From Frankiales bacterium (lineage in GTDB: Bacteria > Actinomycetota > Actinomycetes > Mycobacteriales > SCTD01): 64,000 nt of DNA. The position numbers and the translations under genes are program-made. The notes under the pieces were generated by a model. That model did not search any database, was not told where the DNA came from, and saw only the letters and a list, made by a program, of their open reading frames with translations. Position 1 is the first letter of the stretch, and each line of letters opens with the position of its first letter. Location of the stretch: positions 2,621-66,620 of the forward strand of contig JAODNS010000167.1 in the NCBI GenBank assembly GCA_025465145.1. The letters run 5' to 3'. Positions 58,428 to 64,000 of the stretch are shown piece by piece.

Positions 58428-59582
58428 TCAGCCCTTCTCGCTGGAGACCACGGCAACGCCGCGGAGGTTGGCCCAGCCGCCACCGGCCTGCATGAGGCCC
58501 ACGCGCGCGTCAGGGACCTGGTGGGCACCCGCCCGTCCGCGCACCTGCTGGGCGATCTCGGCCAGTCGGATCAATGCGGTGGCACCGATGGGGTTCGCTC
58601 CCATGCAGCCGCCCGAGGGGTTGACCGGGATATCGCCGGTGAGCTCCGTAGCGCCAGACGCAACCAGCTCAGCGGCGCCGCCGGGAGGGCAGAGCCCCAA
58701 CCCCTCGTAGTAGCTGAGCTCGAAGCAGGTGAACGGCTCCTGCACCTCGACCACGTCGCACTGACGACGCGGGTTCGTGATTCCGGCCTGCTGGTAGACC
58801 CGGCTCGCAGCCAGGGTGAGCGGCTCGGACTGGATCATCGACCGGTACGCGGCGTTCTCGGCCTCGCAGTAGTAGGCCATGCCGCGGATCCAGGCCGGGT
58901 CGAGGCATGCTTTGGCGGCGCTCTCGCTTGCCAGGATTACGGCGCACGCACCGTCCGAGATCGGCGGGACGTCGAGCAACTTGATCGGCCAGCACAGCGG
59001 GCGGGAGGACAGGACGTCCTCGACGCTGACCTCCTTGCGCACATGCGCGTAGGGATTGAGCATCGCGTTCTTGTGGTTCTTGACGCTGACCAGCGCAGCG
59101 GCCTCCTCGGTGTGCCCGAGGACGTCCATGCGGGCCCGCCAGTACGCCGCCGAGAAGCCCATGATGCCGACGGCGAACTCCCGGCCCCAGAACGGGTCGT
59201 ACAAGGTGGAGATGGAGTACTGGAGCGCGCCCTCCGAGAGCTTGTCGTAGGCGACGACGAGGACCCGGTCGGCGAACCCGGCGCGCACCTGGTTGACGGC
59301 CGCGAGGGCCCCCGCTAGCCCGGTGCCACCGCCGCTGGTGACCCGCACGACCGGTTTCAGCCGCGCGCCAATCGCGTCGACCAGCCACTTCTCGGGCTGG
59401 TTCACCGCAGCGAACAGGACCGGGCCGGTGCACACGACGACGCTGTCGATGTCGGCCATGGTCAGCCCGGCGTCCTCCAGAGCGCGGGTGACGGCCTCGC
59501 GAGCCAACCCCACCTGGCTCACGTCCTTGCGGCGGCGCGAGTGATGGGTCTGCCCGACGCCGACGATGGCCACAGCGGGCAC
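58428..59582 (-). CDS. thiolase-fold protein (nsLTP/Ltp-like), apparently lacking the nucleophile Cys
   Basis: The GTG at 59582 is preceded by GGAGG. The product begins VAIVGVGQTHHSRRR. The segment expected to carry the nucleophile reads RVTSGGGTGLAGALAAV where NACASG would be expected. The C-terminus has NPSGGCMGANPIGATA. Confidence 0.8.
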   Translation of the reverse strand: MPAVAIVGVGQTHHSRRRKDVSQVGLAREAVTRALEDAGLTMADIDSVVVCTGPVLFAAVNQPEKWLVDAIGARLKPVVRVTSGGGTGLAGALAAVNQVRAGFADRVLVVAYDKLSEGALQYSISTLYDPFWGREFAVGIMGFSAAYWRARMDVLGHTEEAAALVSVKNHKNAMLNPYAHVRKEVSVEDVLSSRPLCWPIKLLDVPPISDGACAVILASESAAKACLDPAWIRGMAYYCEAENAAYRSMIQSEPLTLAASRVYQQAGITNPRRQCDVVEVQEPFTCFELSYYEGLGLCPPGGAAELVASGATELTGDIPVNPSGGCMGANPIGATALIRLAEIAQQVRGRAGAHQVPDARVGLMQAGGGWANLRGVAVVSSEKG

Positions 59583-59583
59583 G

Positions 59584-60726
59584 TCATACCTCCAAAGTGA
59601 ACACGCAGTGGTTCTGCATTCCGAGGCCGCCCGCTCCGTGCGCAAGAGCACGCGTCGGCTGTCCCTCGCCGATACGTCCAGCCAGGCGGGCACTCGCCTC
59701 GTGCAGTCGGACCAATCCGGTGGCCATGATCGGGTCTGCCGGCACGGCGCCTCCGGACGGGTTGACATCGACCTGCGCGCCGTCGGCGTAGCAGTCCACG
59801 CCGTGCCCGACAGCTGCCAGGCCGAGCGCCTCCACGACCATCGCCTCAGTGGCCGACGACGACGCGGTGACCTCCACCAGGTCGACGTCGGATGCATCCT
59901 TCAGCCCCGCGCGAGACATAGCCATGTGAGCGGCTACCTGGCACGCCTCGAGCTGCCCGGGTAGGCGCTCGCTGAGCAGGTGACTGTCCATCGCCGAGCC
60001 CATGCCGGTCACCCAAACGGGCCGATCGGACAGTCTTCTTGCCACCGGCTCGGAAGCCAGCAGGACCGCGACGGCGCCGTCGCGAGGGCGCGCGATCTGC
60101 AAGCTGCGCAGCGGGTCCGCGACGAGGGCGGACCTGGCCACGTCCTCTGGACCGAGGTCAGGGGACTGCTCGATCCAGGGGTTGCCGGCTGCCCTGCTCC
60201 ACGCCCGCTCGGCGATGCGCAGCAGCGCCTCCTCGTCGGCATCGGTACGCGTGAGGTACTGGTTTGCCATCAGGCCGGCGGTACTCACTTGATCGAGTCC
60301 CAGGGCCCGCTGGTAGAACGGCTCGGTCAGAGTGGAGTAGTAGGCAGAGACGTCGGACTCAGACGGCTTGGAGTAGGCCAGCACGAGCGCCACGGATGCC
60401 GACCCGCAGGCCACCTTCGTCGTCGCGTACACGGCGCCGAACAGGCCGTCTTCCTCGACCCGTGACTCCTCCTTGTGGTGCGCGCCCATTGCACCGAGGA
60501 AGCCGCAGTTAGAGATGCTGCGGCCGTCGAGGACGTCGCTGCCGCAGTCGATGACGACGTCGACGTCGGCGATGTTGAGGCCGCTTCCTCGAAGGACGTC
60601 ACTGACGACGCCGCCGATGAGATCGACCTGCTGCAGCCGGGACCACGCGTCACGAAGGACGGTCTGCGCACTCGCCACCACGGCGACTCGACTGCTGCTA
60701 CCGGAAGCCATGCGGGACGCTAACAT
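59584..60726 (-). CDS. thiolase-fold protein (second Ltp-like subunit)
   Basis: A 380-aa ORF with a thiolase-like layout (VAVVASAQT..., NPSGGAVPADPIMATG). Its stop lies 1 nt before the next gene start. By eye there is no obvious Cys at the nucleophile position (SRVEEDGLFGAV). Confidence 0.8.
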   Translation of the reverse strand: MLASRMASGSSSRVAVVASAQTVLRDAWSRLQQVDLIGGVVSDVLRGSGLNIADVDVVIDCGSDVLDGRSISNCGFLGAMGAHHKEESRVEEDGLFGAVYATTKVACGSASVALVLAYSKPSESDVSAYYSTLTEPFYQRALGLDQVSTAGLMANQYLTRTDADEEALLRIAERAWSRAAGNPWIEQSPDLGPEDVARSALVADPLRSLQIARPRDGAVAVLLASEPVARRLSDRPVWVTGMGSAMDSHLLSERLPGQLEACQVAAHMAMSRAGLKDASDVDLVEVTASSSATEAMVVEALGLAAVGHGVDCYADGAQVDVNPSGGAVPADPIMATGLVRLHEASARLAGRIGEGQPTRALAHGAGGLGMQNHCVFTLEV

Positions 60727-60749
60727 GCCAAACGGTTGGTTGGGAAGAG

Positions 60750-61772
60750 CTATCTCCCAGGCGCCTGCTCAGGGCCGAGCGTGTCGACGATCGCCTCCAG
60801 ATTGGCGGTCGTCTCGTCGGCGCCGGAGCCGACGGTCTGGAAGACCACCTCCGTCACCCCGCGGGCGGCGTACTCAGCGGAGAGGCTGGCCCAGCCGGCT
60901 CTCACCTCAGCGGCCGTGCCGGCGAGGCAGAACTCGGCGACCATCTCGTCCGGGATCAACGCGGCGATCGCATCCCAGTCGCCACCGCGCTCGAGATACA
61001 GGTCCCGGACCAGCTGGGCCGTGTCGCCCCATCCGGTCTCGTCGGCCGCGATGGCGTAGCTGGGAGTTGTGAAGTAGAAGCCGAGACTCTTGCGAGCGCG
61101 GTCGCGGGCGGCGCCGCCGTCGGAGGCGATGGACGTCATGCGCCAGAGCGCGAGCTCGGGAGAATGACCAGCGCTCGCACCGCCTTCGGCGATGGCAGGC
61201 AGGACGACCTGGTCCAGGTAGCGCACGCTGCCGCCGAGCGGGTGGACCGCTACCCCGTCGCAGGAACGTGCGGCGATCCGCAGCATCGTGGCGTTGATGC
61301 CGGAGCCCCAAATGGGAACCGGCGCCCGCGCACCATCGAGCTCGTTGTAGCTGCCAGAGAAGAAGCGGCCGTCGTGGCGGAACGATCGCTCGGCACTCCA
61401 GGCGGAGCGGAGTAGGCCGGCGTACTCCTCCAGCCTGCTGGCCGCGTGATCGAAGTCCGGGATGCCGTACCAACGAGACCGCATACCTTGCGTGCCGGCG
61501 CCGAGTCCCAGGCTGAATCGCCCGCCGCTGGCTACCTGAACATCGGCCGCCGCGGCCGCCATGGCGAGCGGCGCGCGTGTGAACGCGTAGGCGATCCCCG
61601 TGGCCACGCCGATGGTCTCGGAGTGTAGGGCGAACGTCAGCGCTCGCACCAAGGCGTCTCGACCGGGGTTCTCCGTGGTCCAGATGCGATCGAAGCCGGC
61701 CGCCTCGGCCCGCTTCGTCACCTCGATCAGGGGCAGGAACTCCGGTGAAGCGAAGACGACGGATCTCTTCAT
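60750..61772 (-). CDS. LLM-class oxidoreductase (possibly F420-dependent)
   Basis: The start is likely MKRSVVFA at 61772. The product has AEAAGFDRIWTTENPGRDA, GGRFSLGLGAG and PIWGSGIN, typical of luciferase-like enzymes. Confidence 0.8.
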   Translation of the reverse strand: MKRSVVFASPEFLPLIEVTKRAEAAGFDRIWTTENPGRDALVRALTFALHSETIGVATGIAYAFTRAPLAMAAAAADVQVASGGRFSLGLGAGTQGMRSRWYGIPDFDHAASRLEEYAGLLRSAWSAERSFRHDGRFFSGSYNELDGARAPVPIWGSGINATMLRIAARSCDGVAVHPLGGSVRYLDQVVLPAIAEGGASAGHSPELALWRMTSIASDGGAARDRARKSLGFYFTTPSYAIAADETGWGDTAQLVRDLYLERGGDWDAIAALIPDEMVAEFCLAGTAAEVRAGWASLSAEYAARGVTEVVFQTVGSGADETTANLEAIVDTLGPEQAPGR

Positions 61773-61785
61773 CGGGGTTGACCTC

Positions 61786-62754
61786 TCAACGGACGGCGAC
61801 GGCATTGGCCGGTGACCCCACCCCGCCGGCCAGGTTCAACGGCACGGCCAGGAAGAGGAACGTCCAGCGCCGGTCGGCAGCGCAGCGACTCGCGAGCTCC
61901 TCGAGGTCGAACAGCTCGCCCACCGCCAGTCCCAGACCGGGCTGCAGGCGACGGTGAAGGCTGCCCACGGCCGGGTCTCCGGGCGATACCTCCGCGGCTG
62001 GGTTGTCACAGGCGATGGCCGCGACCTGCCAGTCCCAAAGAGCGGCTGCCAGCTCGGAGTCTGCGGCCAGACCGGCGTATGGCGGCGACCCCGGGATGGC
62101 GGCGTAGGCGCGCCGCTCGGCGGGATCAAGCGCCCGGTAGCCGGCAACCCAGCCGAAGCGCAGGCAGAGCACGTCTCCGCGGCGGATCTCTACATGCTGC
62201 GACGCTGCGACGCTGCGAAGCAGGTCGGCGCCGACGGACACGTCGGTCATGGCGTCGTAGTCGCCGCCGCTCTCCCGCAGGAAGCGGTCGATGTCGAGCA
62301 GCACGCCGCGGCCGACGATGCCCCGGTCGGCCCAATGGTCGATGCCGAGTCGCGAACCCTGCTCGGGGGGAGAGTCCAGCACTCCCCCGTAGAAGCCGAG
62401 CTCGCGGCACCGCACGTGGCGCAACCCGTCCCACTGCGACGAGGCCTGCGGATAGAACGCGTCCAGCCGGTCGTCCCAGGTGTTGCGGTCCATCGGCAGC
62501 AGCGTGTGGCGCAACGGCTCGCGGCCGTACAGCGGCGGGTCGATCTCGGAAGTGGTGAGAGTCAGGCCGACCCGCTCTCCGGTCACGGCGGCCTGCAGCG
62601 CGGCGAGCACCGTGGCGTCGTCGAGCAGGTTCAGGGTGCCGAGCTCGTCATCCGGTCCGAAGACATCCCAGGAGTGTGCGATCTGCAAGCCGGGAAGAAG
62701 CGGGAGCTCGGCGTAGGGCGGGAGCTCCAAGCCCTCCAGAACGGGCCGCGTCAC
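61786..62754 (-). CDS. cyclase-family protein (kynurenine-formamidase-like fold)
   Basis: A GTG at 62754 overlaps the upstream stop. The product has SSQWDGLRHV, GVLLDI and CLRFGW, which resemble the putative-cyclase family. Confidence 0.75.
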   Translation of the reverse strand: MTRPVLEGLELPPYAELPLLPGLQIAHSWDVFGPDDELGTLNLLDDATVLAALQAAVTGERVGLTLTTSEIDPPLYGREPLRHTLLPMDRNTWDDRLDAFYPQASSQWDGLRHVRCRELGFYGGVLDSPPEQGSRLGIDHWADRGIVGRGVLLDIDRFLRESGGDYDAMTDVSVGADLLRSVAASQHVEIRRGDVLCLRFGWVAGYRALDPAERRAYAAIPGSPPYAGLAADSELAAALWDWQVAAIACDNPAAEVSPGDPAVGSLHRRLQPGLGLAVGELFDLEELASRCAADRRWTFLFLAVPLNLAGGVGSPANAVAVR

Positions 62755-63650
62755 GTCGGCAACCCGGCGGCCAGCTCGCGCAGCGACGTCACGTGCCTGA
62801 GGTAGTGGTGCAGGCCCATCTCCCACGTGAAGCCCAGGCCTCCATGCACCTGCACCGCGGTCTCGACGATCCGAAGCGAGGCGTCGAACGCGAACTGCGA
62901 CGCCGCTTCCGACCGGCCAGGTTCAAGGCTGGCCAGGATCACCGCGGTCTCGGCCTGCTCGGCGAGCAGGTGGGCGTCTGCGAGCTGGTGCTTCACCGCC
63001 TGGAAGCGGCCGATCGGTTGCCCGAACTGCTCGCGCTGCTGGGCATAGGCAACGGCATCATGGAGCATCCGGGCACCGCAGCCAGTTGCTTCAGCGGCCC
63101 AGACCACCCTCATCTCCGTTGCCGCCACGTTCGACCACGACGTGACAGTCGCCCACTCGGCCAGGCGCAAGGACGGGGCGTAAGGATCCAGGACGACGTC
63201 TGCCGAAGGCTCCAGGAGCTCATGGGAGTGACTCCCGTCGTCCGCGACAGTGAGGACGCGGACGTCCTCGTCTGCACCGAACGGCGCTACACCGCGGTCC
63301 CCCGAGGTACGCGTCTGAACAGACAACGTTACGGGGCCCACGTGCTCACGCCCCGCGGCAGACCAGCGCTTCGCCATGATGGTGGGGATGAGCGGTGACG
63401 GCGCGATGGTCCAGCCCCAGGTCCGCGCCACCTCGACCAGGTCACGCAGCGACGCGCCGGCACCGCCCGTGGCCTCCGTGGCGCCGAGAAGGTCCCAACC
63501 GCCGCTGGTGATCGCCTTCCAGGTCAGCGGTTCCGCCTCGACGTAAGCGACCACAGGATGACCGCTTACCGCCCGAGACAGCATCTGCCGCAACGCGGCG
63601 GCGGCTTCGGCACCGACCTCAGTCAAGCCGAGATCCCCGACTGCAGTCAC
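62751..63650 (-). CDS. acyl-CoA dehydrogenase, small beta-type subunit of a heteromeric ACAD
   Basis: A GTG at 63650 overlaps the upstream stop. The roughly 299-aa product has an ACAD C-terminal domain (REQFGQPIGRFQAVKHQLADAHL, VHGGLGFTWE) but a shortened, divergent N-terminal part. Confidence 0.8.
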   Translation of the reverse strand: MTAVGDLGLTEVGAEAAAALRQMLSRAVSGHPVVAYVEAEPLTWKAITSGGWDLLGATEATGGAGASLRDLVEVARTWGWTIAPSPLIPTIMAKRWSAAGREHVGPVTLSVQTRTSGDRGVAPFGADEDVRVLTVADDGSHSHELLEPSADVVLDPYAPSLRLAEWATVTSWSNVAATEMRVVWAAEATGCGARMLHDAVAYAQQREQFGQPIGRFQAVKHQLADAHLLAEQAETAVILASLEPGRSEAASQFAFDASLRIVETAVQVHGGLGFTWEMGLHHYLRHVTSLRELAAGLPT

Positions 63651-64000
63651 TTGGGCAGCCCGAGCACGCGCTCGCCGATGATGTTGCGCTGGATCTCGGA
63701 GGTCCCGGAGTAGATGGTGGCCGCCCGGCTCTCGAGGTACTGGTGGCGCCAGTGCGCTCGGTGCTCGGGGCACGACAGCGGTACGGCGACGGCGGTTAGC
63801 TCCTGCCAGAGCTCGCTCCACATGACCTTGAGCACCATGGATGCCCGCAGGAATCCACCCGGGTGGTCTTGCCGGGCGACCGCCTTGCTGACCTGGCAGC
63901 GCACCAGCTCCACGCGGATGTCCAGTGCGCGCAGCTGGTCGACAGCCTCACCCGGCCGGGCGCAGCAGCCGAGCAGCAGGTCCATGTCGGAGCGCAGCTC
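63647..64000 (-). CDS. acyl-CoA dehydrogenase, alpha-type subunit (C-terminal part only; 5' end beyond the right edge)
   Basis: The C-terminus ...YLESRAATIYSGTSEIQRNIIGERVLGLPK is a canonical ACAD C-terminal motif. The ORF continues past 64000. Confidence 0.8.
   Translation of the reverse strand, partial: ELRSDMDLLLGCCARPGEAVDQLRALDIRVELVRCQVSKAVARQDHPGGFLRASMVLKVMWSELWQELTAVAVPLSCPEHRAHWRHQYLESRAATIYSGTSEIQRNIIGERVLGLPK

Noticed and set aside
59584-60726. Calling the two thiolase-fold genes fadA-type degradative thiolases.
   Set aside because: They lack the NRxCxSG nucleophile context and the GHP motif that are seen in the bona fide thiolase at 35356-36576. They are also coupled to DUF35 proteins. 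I therefore annotate them only as thiolase-fold (Ltp-like) proteins.

Overview
This is a very GC-rich, actinobacterial-type chromosome segment that is almost entirely coding.

- **1-15 kb:** housekeeping genes (a comEA fragment running off the left edge, leuS, degV, plsY). It also holds a decayed UvrA-paralog pseudogene, a CsbD-like/coiled-coil gene pair, a single ORF with four tandem cold-shock domains, and a tmRNA-like RNA locus with atypical features.
- **15-18.8 kb:** a MarR regulator divergent from an FMN reductase / luciferase-like monooxygenase pair. A decayed stretch follows, containing lipase and winged-helix gene fragments.
- **18.8-28.1 kb:** a PucR/FasR-like regulator divergent from a nine-gene, translationally coupled FAS-II operon. 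The order is fabD-fabH-acpP-fabF-accD6-like-fabG-hydrolase-acyl-ACP desaturase-fabI/inhA-like.
- **28.4-64 kb:** a large lipid/organic-acid catabolic island, mostly on the minus strand.
  - Two GntR/FadR regulators.
  - Several beta-oxidation-like modules: ACADs, crotonases, MaoC hydratases, SDRs, thiolases with DUF35 partners and a family III CoA-transferase.
  - A sugar-type ABC importer joined to a TcuA-like / PrpD-like / PrpB-like organic-acid module.
  - NTF2-like proteins, an LLM oxidoreductase, a cyclase and an alpha/beta ACAD pair.

I saw no rRNA, canonical tRNA, CRISPR array, transposase or integrase.

The items most worth follow-up are:
- the four-domain cold-shock protein;
- the aberrant tmRNA-like locus and the 31-nt core it shares with a second locus;
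- the TTGGTCC(A/G) promoter motif linking four operons;
- the TcuA/PrpD/PrpB-like importer operon;
- the pair of Cys-less thiolase-like genes with a tandem-DUF35 protein.

All functional calls come from reading the translations by eye; no database search was run.
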